Below, piece after piece: positions 1 to 11,301 of a DNA stretch of 20,755 bases. The position numbers and the translations under genes are program-made. Numbering within the stretch: the first letter of the stretch is position 1; each line of letters opens with the position of its first letter. The notes beneath the pieces were generated by a model. That model was not told where the DNA came from, searched no databases, and saw only the letters and a list, made by a program, of their open reading frames with translations. The stretch is from Ginkgo biloba (taxonomy: Eukaryota > Plantae > Ginkgophyta): contig JANKJI020000004.1 in the NCBI GenBank assembly GCA_024626585.2, positions 33,461,727 to 33,482,481 of the forward strand. Direction: 5' to 3'.

Positions 1-162
1 GAGAGGGTTTCTCCAGTTGAAAACCTTTGTGTCTTTGCACTCTTCGTGTCTGTTCACTCGAATGTTGGGTCTCTGTTTATTTTCCTGTTAATCCATTCCT
101 CTTGGCGAGCATTGTACGTGGGGCTCGAGCCTCTCTCCGGTGACTTTATCAAGGCGCTGTCA
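1..162 (+). mobile_element. 3' part of an LTR (5' LTR of a young LTR retrotransposon), ending ...GCGCTGTCA
   Basis: CA at 161-162 is followed after a 2-nt spacer by a perfect tRNA-iMet PBS. The segment is GC- and CpG-rich relative to the rest of the window. The LTR start lies upstream of the window. Confidence 0.8.
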
Positions 163-164
163 AT

Positions 165-176
165 TGGTATCAGAGC
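165..176 (+). promoter_or_regulatory. Primer-binding site complementary to the tRNA-iMet 3' end
   Basis: TGGTATCAGAGC at 165-176, the canonical plant LTR-element PBS. Confidence 0.9.
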
Positions 177-1472
177 GGGCCCTCTGCATGACCCCCGCTG
201 CGCGCTGTCAAACATGCAAGTTCAATGTTCAGGTTAGTGAGATTCATTAAAGATATCCAATGGATCTCACCATTAAGACACTACAATGACTCTTTTCTCC
301 TCTACATGCCTTCTCCCTTTAGATCCTAGGTGCAAATCTCCTTCATGTCATCATCCCATAGTATATACTCACTGTCTGAACCATTATCATTTATTCTTAC
401 CTAAAGGTGTTTTAAACCTTCTTTAATTATAAGGTGAGGGATCCTAATCTCTACTTAATCTCTTCATGAGCTTGCACTTATGGACAATTCCTAGATATAG
501 TTTCCTAAGATGAGTTGGAATATGTATCTAACAATTCCACATGTCATCCTTTCTATCCTTTGATGTTTGTGGATTTTCACTCCTCCAAATCCTTTCTCTT
601 AATCTTTTACCTTGGCAAAATCTCAAACTCTAAATATTGCCTCCAAGGTATCTAGACCTATGGATTTTTTTCATTAGGTTTTACTTCTCCTTTTAAGTAT
701 TTAGGGTGCGAGTAACTCACATTCCCCACCTTTCCTTTTAATTCTTGATCTTTGAACTCCTAAATGACCTTCCTTGGACTAAGTCTGAATGTGATGTCAC
801 CATTAATTTCTTCTTAATATGGGATAAGGTTCAACGATTCTCAAGTTTTTTAAAGGTTGACCTCCACTTAAGAGTATCGGACTCTTGAACATCTAAAAAC
901 CCAAAAACATAAAGTGTGAATATATCCTAGGACTTAAGTTCCCTATGACTTTTGTTAACTCATTATTATTTTATGTAGAATAAGAAACATATTTCTAAGG
1001 CTAAGGAAGGATCCATGAAGTATATGAAATAAATAATATGATTTCTAATATCATATTCAAGAGATAATGACTTGTTTGAGGATATAAGGCTAGGAGATGA
1101 TATGAATTCTTATCACTAGAGGTAGAAAAGGTTCTAATGATTGATTTAAAATTATATGGAATGAGTTGTATATTGATTATCAAGGTGGTAGTACATTGAC
1201 CAAAATTTCCTCACACACTCCTGGCAAGAAACTACCCCTTACTACTCTATATATACTTTAAAATCAACCCCAAAATATAAGAGATATAAGGTCATATATT
1301 ACCAATTGTCTTACTCATCACTCATAACCATTCATAATAATGAATTTCACTTATCTTTAGATTATGCATTATAAATGAGATCCCTTAAGTCTTAATAATT
1401 TATGGATTTGGGAAAATGAACCAATATTAATGCTAATTAGTCAACATATGGAGGGGATATACCTCAAAATTT

Positions 1473-1846
1473 AGAGAAGGGGGTTGTTATGTAGTGTTGA
1501 AAATGATTTAATAGTTTAACCAAAGGGATTGCACTATTCAATTTATTTAAGAATAGTGGAATTTAGGTATACTAAGGTTGTGATACAATTCAAGGTGCTT
1601 AACCTAAGGATTAAAGGAATTAGGTGGACCTTATTAGAGTATTAGGAAAACTTGGGTTAAGGTTATAGGGAAGGGTTTTGATATGAGACTACAAAAATAA
1701 ATGAATAAATTAGGGAAAATTTTGGATTTCAATCTTTTTTAATGTTTTTTTTCATACACACATACACATATACTTTTTATCATCATTTGTTTAATTTATT
1801 TTGATTTTTTTACCCTTCTTTTTTTCTTTTATTTTTTAAATCATTA
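1473..1846 (+). mobile_element. Probable polypurine tract and start of a 3' LTR (Gypsy-like), running into a gap
   Basis: AGAGAAGGGGG (1473-1483) followed by TGTTA (1485) or TGTAGTG (1490), a typical PPT/LTR junction. No second LTR copy is visible to confirm it. Confidence 0.4.
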
Positions 1847-1951
1847 NNNNNNNNNNNNNNNNNNNNNNNNNNNNNNNNNNNNNNNNNNNNNNNNNNNNNN
1901 NNNNNNNNNNNNNNNNNNNNNNNNNNNNNNNNNNNNNNNNNNNNNNAGATT

Positions 1952-1999
1952 GAAGTGTAGAGGTTAGGAAGTGCAAAATTTAGTAGGTGCAGAGTTTAG
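1952..1999 (+). repeat. Three degenerate 16-bp tandem units
   Basis: GAAGTGTAGAGGTTAG / GAAGTGCAAAATTTAG / TAGGTGCAGAGTTTAG, starting 5 nt after the 1847-1946 gap. Confidence 0.6.
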
Positions 2000-2004
2000 A
2001 AGAT

Positions 2005-4314
2005 ATGGAAAGTAACACAGAATCCTTAGACCATGTAAGTGTAGGGAAAGCAAAGATAATAGGAAGGACAACAGTGCAAGAGAATTTAGAGAAATAGTTA
2101 CAAAAACTTTGATAGTAAAAGGAGAAATCAACAAAAGTACCATTTTTTATAAAAGAGAGGTCTACATTATGAAGGAGAAATCCTCGATGGTTATGACCCT
2201 CTTTACGATGTGTAGGCTATTTATAGTGAGATTGGGATTAAGTATGTATGTACCAATTGTATAACTCATAACCTAGGGATGATAGAGCATTTTATAAATA
2301 AGTTCAAATATGCATGACCAGGGTCAACAAAAGGAAGATCGCAGTCACTAAGAAACTGGTAGCCAAAGCACTAAGAGTGACTTCCGATGGCCAATAGATG
2401 ATGTAGGAAAATGGGTGTCTCTTTGAATTTAAGAACTTGGTCATCAAGGTAGATAGAAAAGAGGAACTAGAGGGGATAAAAAGAGAAGGCATCCTAAGAA
2501 CCATACTTCATGATCCATGGAGAGGAGTGGAAACACTGATTGGTGGCATCTTGTTAAATAATTAACATCTGGCAAACTTGTTTTCCCTAGCATTGAGGAT
2601 ATTAGCAGCCATATAATATAAGGATCCCATGGAATTTACAAATTTTATACTAAAGAAGATTGAATGAAATGCAATCTTCTGGTAGGAGGGAAAGGAACAT
2701 GTAATCATCTATCTGAGCATTTTAAAATTCATCATCAATCAGGTATTAAGTGGAATAAAGAAAAAGGAGTATGTGGAATAATCTTTAATGGAGGTAGTAG
2801 AAATTTTATTGGATGTGGTAGAGGGATCACAAGAGGCTAAAAGATAAAATAATAAATGAAAATCATCGAAAAGAGGCCACTAAAAGAAAAAGAAGTTTGC
2901 AAAATTCCTCTAATGAGTTCCTCCAAGGTTCATGCTACTAAATTATAAGATAAATACATCAAGTCCCAAATCTATTGCAAATAACTGATGGAGCAGGTAG
3001 AGGATCAATAGTTGGAGATGGAGAGATGTTGGGATAAGTTTGTAATAATGTTGGAAGAGAAATGGATAGAGATTTCTCTACTCTGAACTAAATATGCCCT
3101 AAGGGAGTATGGATTGGCATCATCAATTCATGACTCAATCAAGAGTCCATTTCTTAGATATGAGGAGGTAAGTCCTTGTATCCTAATTTTATGCATGATT
3201 CATTTTCAATTCCCAAAGTCTTTGAGGGAGAAGAAGATTTTTCAGGTCAAAGGGAAAACAAGGCAGTCAAAATAGAAACCCTTAGGGTAAAATTGGAAGA
3301 ATGTCAAATTAATTTTGAAGGGCAAATGGCCTCTAAGGATAAGGAAATAAATTTATTAAATGATAAAGTTGTTGCTCTGGAGGAAGACTTGAGAATGGAG
3401 AAACAGAGAAGTGAAGAACATACCCATGCACTTCAAACCTTAAGTTAGGTTGAACTAAGGATCCAGAATTTGGGGTAGCATGTGCAAGAAAAGGAAGATA
3501 ACATGATCCAGACGGAGAAGGATTTTGAAGTAAAGATTGAAAAGACCTTGGACATAATCGATTCTTTTGAGAAGAAACTAATACTCGAGATTCCAGTTAA
3601 AGAACAGGTGGAGACTCAGCTTCGGGAGAGCCAGAGACTAATCAATGTTCTACAAGGTCACTTGAAGGTGGAAAGGGACCACAATAGTAAGCTGGAAGGA
3701 AAGTTGAAGGACTATAAGGGGAGACTTGACGCAGCAGAAGAGGCCATCAGTGAGATGGTCGACGAAAAAGAGAAGTTTTAGGAGGAAGTGGATGAGTCGA
3801 CTCTCATATTCCAGGAAAGGATAAAAGAATTGAAGGCGAAGTTACCTATAGAGGCAAAGCCTGTACGCAAATTCCTGAAGAATTGTTAGATCCCCGGAAT
3901 GACATCAGGAACCTTAGAATTAAACTCAGGCAAGTGGAGGATAGGCTAAATAAGGCAGTGGAATTGGGATATTAGTTAGCTGATTGTAGAGCCCCCAACT
4001 GTGTGTATGCAATGGTCTTTAAGGAAAGGTTGGTCAGCTCAAAACCATGTTGCATGAATATGCATTTCTTCAAAATGATGATGAAGCCCTGGTGAATTTA
4101 TACAATGTTGCTGACCCTGTGGAAAAGAATCTAATTGCAGAAGCTTTTATGACTAGAGCCTTGGTTCCTAATGATATTACTTTCCCAGTCAATATGGTGA
4201 TGGGGAGTGTTCACCTAAGAGCTTTCATGTCCATGTTGCAGAATGAGCAATGGAGAGGTAACAAATGCAACAGTATCAAACCCTATTACGAGAGGCTCCA
4301 TATGAGATATGCAG
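2005..4314 (+). pseudogene. Decayed retrotransposon accessory ORF: Transposase_32 (PF20167)-like N-terminus, long coiled coil, unnamed C-terminal domain
   Basis: Reading through stops and frameshifts gives YSEIGIKYVCTNCITHNLGM/RAFYK*..VNKRKIAVTKKLVAKALRVTSDGQ..LHDPWRGVETLIGGILL..LRILAAI*YKDPMEFTNFILKKI (~2220-2660). ORFs 3176-3448 and 3482-3781 share one frame broken only by TAG codons and are E/K/L-rich. This continues as APNCVYAM../QLKTMLHEY..NLIAEAFM..GSVHLRAFMSMLQNEQW (~3990-4255). Candidate ATG at 2005; the 3' end is lost in a gap. Confidence 0.7.
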
Positions 4315-4414
4315 NNNNNNNNNNNNNNNNNNNNNNNNNNNNNNNNNNNNNNNNNNNNNNNNNNNNNNNNNNNNNNNNNNNNNNNNNNNNNNNNNNNNNN
4401 NNNNNNNNNNNNNN

Positions 4415-7400
4415 TCTAGGTCCTTATAGATTTACCCTGAATTCATAGGAGGGGTTTATGGTTGGGTCATGCCACACACTACAGGAGACCATATTAATAG
4501 TTAAGTGTATCACTTTCAAATTAGGTATCTTCAAGACCTAGGTTCTTACCCACATCTCATAGGGATTAGGCAAGAAAATATTAACATAAGTTGCTTGTTC
4601 AAATTTTGTAAGAGCCATGAGTCCAACCACTTCACATTTAAATTATCAACAACTAGCTTGGCCATCCTTAGGTGCACTTGAACATATTGAATCCCCCTTT
4701 ATCCTAGGGTCCTATGATCACCTTTTATATTTTTGTTTGTATTTTTCATTTTATTTTTTATTATTTTTTGTTCTTCCATAAAGGCTCACCTGCATACTGA
4801 CCCCCATCACTATGGGGTATTCTAGTCCAATAGACAATAATCCCTTATCCTTGAATACAATTCTCATATTATATCCTAGAGGCCTATTCCATAACCTAAA
4901 ACCATTTCACATCAAGTTGAGACTCTCCTCAATAATTAATCAACTAATGAGCCTCCTCCTTTTATTCTTGGGGTCAAAAACTAAGAGCTAGATCTCCTAA
5001 TGTATATAAATTTATATTTGATTCATTAGGATCATCCTAATCCTTGGGTATCTCATATTAAGAATTTGAACCAATTCAAACTTGATGGGTATTCACATGA
5101 TATTCATAGGACTTCTGAGTTGATAAATCATCATCGTCATTCCATAAATCCTTTTGAAACTTTGAGTCCTCATTCAACCAAAATGGCCATGCCATTTTAT
5201 ACAATAAAATTATCGATTAGTTAAACCATCCCTCTACCTCCTTCTATGGGAGTCTTAGGGAATTTTGACTAGGTTAGCAATGGTAACCATAATCCATTCT
5301 TAAATTACTAGAATATTCCTTATATCCTAGCACTACATCTACCATATTATAGCCAATTTTGTTTCACCTACGTGTATAGATTAGAGAATCCTATTAGTTC
5401 ATCCCTTTTATAAATTATTCCTTATCTAGGTGTCCCTTATGGGAACCCTTTTCCATACCATATTAATCCCTTAAAAAATCCCTACTAATTCTTGTTTACC
5501 CATAGTCACTATAATATTGAACCTATGACTTATTCAATAAATACTCAACACCAATCCACTAATGCTTCCTCCTCTCATGAGCAGGGGGAATTCATTCAAT
5601 CAATATTCCTTATTCATAAATCTTATATAAATTATATGAAAATTAAATTAGATAAACTGGTCTAACTTATCCTTTTAATTAATTCTTCTCCTAAATTTCC
5701 TAAATTTGATGGCGCACTAAGAGATGATCTTGTCACTCATGTTGATGCATATGCAATTGAATGTGCTAAATTCATGGAGTGTGATGACATTATCCTTAAA
5801 ATATTTCTTAGGATGTTGACCTATGAATCCCTCAAATGGTTATATTGATTACCTGAAGAATTCGTCTCGACCTTTCAACCAATGATCAACCTTTTCATAC
5901 AATATTTTGATGAAGTAAATCCCTACAATGCAAGGCTAAAGTCCTTAATGGCCCTTAAATAGGCCAATGAAAAAATTAAATTTTCTTTTATGAGGAGATT
6001 TTTCTCATATGGTATACCTCCATGACAATGAAGAGGGTTCTTACAGACATGGAATTATATCTTGTAAACAGAAGGGATCCTTAAAGAAATTATTTATTAA
6101 TCCTTTTATGACCTATACATATTTATATTTTATCCATGATGACCTCTCCCCTTAAAGTTCTTCCTCTTTTATACCAACAAGATTGTCTAAATCCTTCAAT
6201 TCTTATTTTACAATTAGTAATATTGTAATGTCCATAGTTATTAGTCATCCCAAGTAATATATTCATAAGCTAAAAGTTTTACTACCAAATTATGATATCC
6301 TAGGATTACCATTAGATAGTTCTAAAGACTCTTGATTTGAAATAGATTTTTTATCATCTATCCCTAGGATCCTTATTACTACTAATTATTTCTTACTCCC
6401 TTAGCCTTCTCAAGAGATCTATCTTTATTGATTATGAAGAACAATCCATTATTCAAGGTGGATGAAATATTTACACCACCTTATTTTTATTCTCTTCATT
6501 TTATTTAATCCACGATCTTCTCTTCATCATCAATGCTGACAATAATGCCAAAACGACCTATAATGACTTTGTTATCCACNNNNNNNNNNNNNNNNNNNNN
6601 NNNNNNNNNNNNNNNNNNNNNNNNNNNNNNNNNNNNNNNNNNNNNNNNNNNNNNNNNNNNNNNNNNNNNNNNNNNNNNNNNNNNNNNNNNNNNNNNNNNN
6701 NNNNNNNNNNNNNNNNNNNNNNNNNNNNNNNNNNNNNNNNNNNNNNNNNNNNNNNNNNNNNNNNNNNNNNNNNNNNNNNNNNNNNNNNNNNNNNNNNNNN
6801 NNNNNNNNNNNNNNNNNNNNNNNNNNNNNNNNNNNNNNNNNNNNNNNNNNNNNNNNNNNNNNNNNNNNNNNNNNNNNNNNNNNNNNNNNNNNNNNNNNNN
6901 NNNNNNNNNNNNNNNNNNNNNNNNNNNNNNNNNNNNNNNNNNNNNNNNNNNNNNNNNNNNNNNNNNNNNNNNNNNNNNNNNNNNNNNNNNNNNNNNNNNN
7001 NNNNNNNNNNNNNNNNNNNNNNNNNNNNNNNNNNNNNNNNNNNNNNNNNNNNNNNNNNNNNNNNNNNNNNNNNNNNNNNNNNNNNNNNNNNNNTGTTGAC
7101 CTATTAAGATGCTCCCAAGTCCATCACATTCATAATATCACTATGATATATATTATATTGAGGGATGATTAGGATCCCCTTAACCTCTTTTATCTATCCA
7201 ATATAGAGGAAATTGACACTCCTCCCATATCTCTTATCCTCCTTATAGAGGGATTCCCACTTGTTATGCTACACCATAATCAAGAAACCCACCAATTCAC
7301 TTCTCCAGCGAATATAGAATAAGTCATCAATTATCCTGTGCATCTCCTCCTCCTAAATGAGGAGACTTTAAAAAATGATGGACTTCTACTTTCCACTGAT

Positions 7401-8237
7401 CTAAAAAATCAAGGTCATCTCAAACAACCAAGCACAACATTTTAAATAATTGAATACATTTAGTTTGATCAATCTAAGGGTCACATCACTTTATGTTATT
7501 CACTTAACCAATTTTGTAGATCAAATTTTATCTTTTTCCCCTGTTTATAGTGGGGGAATAATCTCTTTGATGATATAGATCCTCTTCCTATGAATCTTCT
7601 TATAGGTAATTTACCTCTATCCATATGTTCATTCCCCCTAGGATCTGATCAACAATCTTAGCTGGTGAGTTCAATTCATGGCCATTTTAGCACTTCTAAT
7701 GAGGATTCTCATCCTTCTGAATCCTTTGTTGTCGACCATATCTATATGATCCAATATTATCCCATTCTCAATGACACATTACCATATTCTCCTTCCTCCT
7801 CCATTCCAAGTAGTCTACCACCCACTCTTTATCATTTTGAGGAAGGGAATCTCATTACTATTAACTCAAACATTGATGCTAATTTAAAAATTTCCTCCAC
7901 TCTAAATGTTGTCAAGTTTCAAATGACCAACTCACCTCATAGGATTGTTCAATTTAATTACCTTGTGAGATTTTCTTATAGATGGAAGGATCACCTTATA
8001 AATCTTTCCATTATTTCTATGCACCTAGCATACTTACCTCTTTCTCAAAATGAGAATGAATCTAAAAATTCTTCCCTTTGTGGACAACCCTTACCCCTAA
8101 AAAATTCTATGAACAAATCACTATCAGCCAACTATATCCTAAGAAACTCATAGTAATATTTACAAGTACCATGAATGTTAGGCACATTATCACTACTTTC
8201 ATCCACTCACATAGTCTCTTTGAGATATTCTTACCCC
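4415..8237 (+). mobile_element. Internal region of a degenerate Gypsy element: 5' UTR, gag, then Pro/Ser-rich decayed coding-like sequence
   Basis: Anchored by the gag remnant. The flanks are pyrimidine-skewed and P/S/N-rich, including ORF 7665-8153. No RT, RNase H or integrase motif was recognised. Boundaries are set by gaps. Confidence 0.5.
5690..6027 (+). pseudogene. gag: Ty3/Gypsy (Tat/Ogre-like) gag capsid domain remnant (Retrotrans_gag PF03732-like)
   Basis: One frame reads PKFPKFDGALRDDLVTHVDAYAIEC..DDIILKIFLRMLTYESLKWLY*LPEEFVSTFQPMINLFIQYF..LMALK*ANE..SFMRRF. This matches the PKF.KYDG..DP..H...F / LKLFP.SL...AL.W...LP..SI..F..L...F / L...KQ..E...F..RF pattern. It has two internal stops and is absent from the ORF track. 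Confidence 0.85.
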
Positions 8238-8337
8238 NNNNNNNNNNNNNNNNNNNNNNNNNNNNNNNNNNNNNNNNNNNNNNNNNNNNNNNNNNNNNNN
8301 NNNNNNNNNNNNNNNNNNNNNNNNNNNNNNNNNNNNN

Positions 8338-9672
8338 TAACACTTTTATCCCTTTTTACATAAAATTAAGGCCACTAATATGACCATGGGATAAGAACCA
8401 AAAGTAAATTTCATATGGAAAAAGGTGTTATACAATTTTTGAACCTTAGACCACTTACATGCTACGAAAATGTATTACCACTATGCTATACACATGAATT
8501 ATAAATTAATGTTTACAAAAATATATTTGACAACTTATTATCAGAATATTTTTATTAAAAAATAAATGAATGGAATGTGACTTGTTTTTTCACGGAATCC
8601 TAGACTTAAAATGCAGTTGAAATAAAATTAAAATTTTAATTTATATTTATGTTGAACTTTAGGCTAGAGTTCTCCTACTCCTCACAGTCTCCTGCATTTT
8701 CTCTTGTGTTCTTCCTCGACCATCATTGTTCACTTACAACTGAACTATATGCAACCTTCAATCTCTTAGAATAAATGAAGATAGCACAGAGACCACAGGG
8801 AGGGCTGTGTGCCTTTTAGACCAACCCCAACTAAGTCATACTGAGTCTAATGGTCTTCACTCCATGACCTATAATGCCAAAGTCCGCCGCTTTGAAATAT
8901 TTTATTTCTTTTGACTTGATAGTTGTTTCTCATGTTATTCACAACATTTCATTAATATCCAATAAAACATTCATAGTATTGGGAAAAACTAAAAAGCACA
9001 GTGAGAGAAGCAACCAACAGAATGGAGAGGAGGAGACCAAACGTCCAAGAACTCAATTCTACTTCATAAATTTATGTAATAGATTTGAGCATCTTTAGAA
9101 CACAACCAAAAAAAATTCATTACCATAGGTTTAATAAACAACCATAAGACACAATCATTTACTCATGATAAATAATAGGAATCCTCAACCATCGGATTTC
9201 TTCAACAACCATTTGCTCAACAAATTTATAGAATCTGAAGAACTCCAAGACTCACTGTAAACCAAAGAAAGGAAAACAAAATGAAATCGTCAAGAAACCA
9301 TGGGATCTGATAGCCAATCTTTCAAACAATTTCAACCATCGGTTCTAATGGCAGGATTCCTTAACCATGGGCAAACAACATAACCACAACACCATTAGCT
9401 CTGATACCATGTCCGGAAATCAAAAGAAAAGGAAGCATGACAATGAAATAAAATACAAAATGAAGGAGATACTTGTATTAGGGCCGCTTTGCACTCCTCA
9501 GGAGGTGTTTGTAGATAAAACACAGATTAAACAAGGCACAATAATGTTTCTTAAAGTAAGAAATCACAAAAAATAGTGTGATTTGATACAGTGTATTCGT
9601 ATTTATTCTTAATATATTCCTGTAACTGACTTCAGTGCGAAGAGCATATTATTTTTTTTGTAATTTAATTTA
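8338..9672 (-). mobile_element. Minus-strand LTR element, probably Copia-like: 5' LTR end (9410-9672, into gap), PBS, long non-coding leader
   Basis: CA/PBS junction with no spacer. No recognisable gag in the ~1 kb downstream. The left boundary is set by a gap. Confidence 0.6.
9398..9409 (-). promoter_or_regulatory. Primer-binding site (tRNA-iMet), minus strand
   Basis: Plus-strand GCTCTGATACCA is the reverse complement of TGGTATCAGAGC. It directly abuts TG at 9410-9411, which is the LTR-terminal CA on the minus strand. Confidence 0.9.
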
Positions 9673-10815
9673 NNNNNNNNNNNNNNNNNNNNNNNNNNNN
9701 NNNNNNNNNNNNNNNNNNNNNNNNNNNNNNNNNNNNNNNNNNNNNNNNNNNNNNNNNNNNNNNNNNNNNNNNNNNNNNNNNNNNNNNNNNNNNNNNNNNN
9801 NNNNNNNNNNNNNNNNNNNNNNNNNNNNNNNNNNNNNNNNNNNNNNNNNNNNNNNNNNNNNNNNNNNNNNNNNNNNNNNNNNNNNNNNNNNNNNNNNNNN
9901 NNNNNNNNNNNNNNNNNNNNNNNNNNNNNNNNNNNNNNNNNNNNNNNNNNNNNNNNNNNNNNNNNNNNNNNNNNNNNNNNNNNNNNNNNNNNNNNNNNNN
10001 NNNNNNNNNNNNNNNNNNNNNNNNNNNNNNNNNNNNNNNNNNNNNNNNNNNNNNNNNNNNNNNNNNNNNNNNNNNNNNNNNNNNNNNNNNNNNNNNNNNN
10101 NNNNNNNNNNNNNNNNNNNNNNNNNNNNNNNNNNNNNNNNNNNNNNNNNNNNNNNNNNNNNNNNNNNNNNNNNNNNNNNNNNNNNNNNNNNNNNNNNNNN
10201 NNNNNNNNNNNNNNNNNNNNNNNNNNNNNNNNNNNNNNNNNNNNNNNNNNNNNNNNNNNNNNNNNNNNNNNNNNNNNNNNNNNNNNNNNNNNNNNNNNNN
10301 NNNNNNNNNNNNNNNNNNNNNNNNNNNNNNNNNNNNNNNNNNNNNNNNNNNNNNNNNNNNNNNNNNNNNNNNNNNNNNNNNNNNNNNNNNNNNNNNNNNN
10401 NNNNNNNNNNNNNNNNNNNNNNNNNNNNNNNNNNNNNNNNNNNNNNNNNNNNNNNNNNNNNNNNNNNNNNNNNNNNNNNNNNNNNNNNNNNNNNNNNNNN
10501 NNNNNNNNNNNNNNNNNNNNNNNNNNNNNNNNNNNNNNNNNNNNNNNNNNNNNNNNNNNNNNNNNNNNNNNNNNNNNNNNNNNNNNNNNNNNNNNNNNNN
10601 NNNNNNNNNNNNNNNNNNNNNNNNNNNNNNNNNNNNNNNNNNNNNNNNNNNNNNNNNNAATCATTATACATCATTGATCTAACTATTACATATATGCTTG
10701 AATGTTATCATTTATTAGGTCAAGGAAGATAAAGGTCATAGTCCTTTGGTATGTTACTCCTACATTTTTTAGACTAAAACACATGACCTTGTAAGAAAAT
10801 GTACCCTAAAGTGTT

Positions 10816-11301
10816 GAAAAGGAGGTATTATGGAAATCTTCTAGAGATAGTAGAATCTAGTTGCATCTAGAGAAGCCATCTATTAGGGATGTTAATTTTA
10901 TATTGGATATTTGATCTACAATTTGATTAATAAAGAAAAAAGAAAGTTATCTACTAGCCATGCTTCATTGATATTCCTAAAATCAATTCATATTCTAACC
11001 TATATGTTTTTCCTCATTATTGAACTATATTCAAGACACATTATGCATAATCAAATAGTGTAACAAATAAGATATCAATCAAATTATTCACTTATTTTTT
11101 AACTTTTGTAGATAATTTTAGGGCCATGGAATACTACTTCTATCTAATGGTATTTATGTCTAGTCTTGTGACAATGTTGTGAGTCATGACATTAGTGTAT
11201 ATTCCTCTTATATCACTATAATACCATGTGAATACGCCCAAATATTATTGAAATAAATGATTATATTATTTGATTTGAAATTGGGAGCAGTTTGCCCCTA
11301 C
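10816..11301 (+). mobile_element. Possible decayed LTR sequence
   Basis: Purine tract GAAAAGGAGG (10816-10825) followed by TATTA (a possible decayed TGTTA). An LTR-end-like TTTGCCCCTAC sits at 11291-11301. Neither terminus is canonical, and they may belong to different elements. Confidence 0.25.

Noticed and set aside
165-176. tRNA gene fragments at the PBS sites (also 9398-9409 and 13001-13018)
   Set aside because: Only 12-18 nt complementary to tRNA 3' ends including CCA, with no cloverleaf. These are primer-binding sites.
46-237. Short ORFs such as 46-237, 1001-1183, 8874-9098, 9367-9576 and 13069-13344
   Set aside because: They cross LTR/PBS boundaries or lie in LTR/UTR sequence and show no recognisable protein motifs.
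240-700. Purine-rich minus strand as an antisense accessory ORF remnant
   Set aside because: Multiple stops and no motif I could assign with confidence.
3176-3781. Coiled-coil ORFs as a host myosin/SMC-like gene
   Set aside because: In-frame stops and frameshifts, no exon structure or motor/ATPase motifs, and embedded among retroelement parts.
8782-8812. Short CACAG/CTGTG hairpin as a structured RNA
   Set aside because: The stem is too short to distinguish from chance.
9609-10732. Long ORFs in the track (also 6533-7099, 17109-17627 and other X-rich ORFs)
   Set aside because: Artefacts of translating through N gaps.
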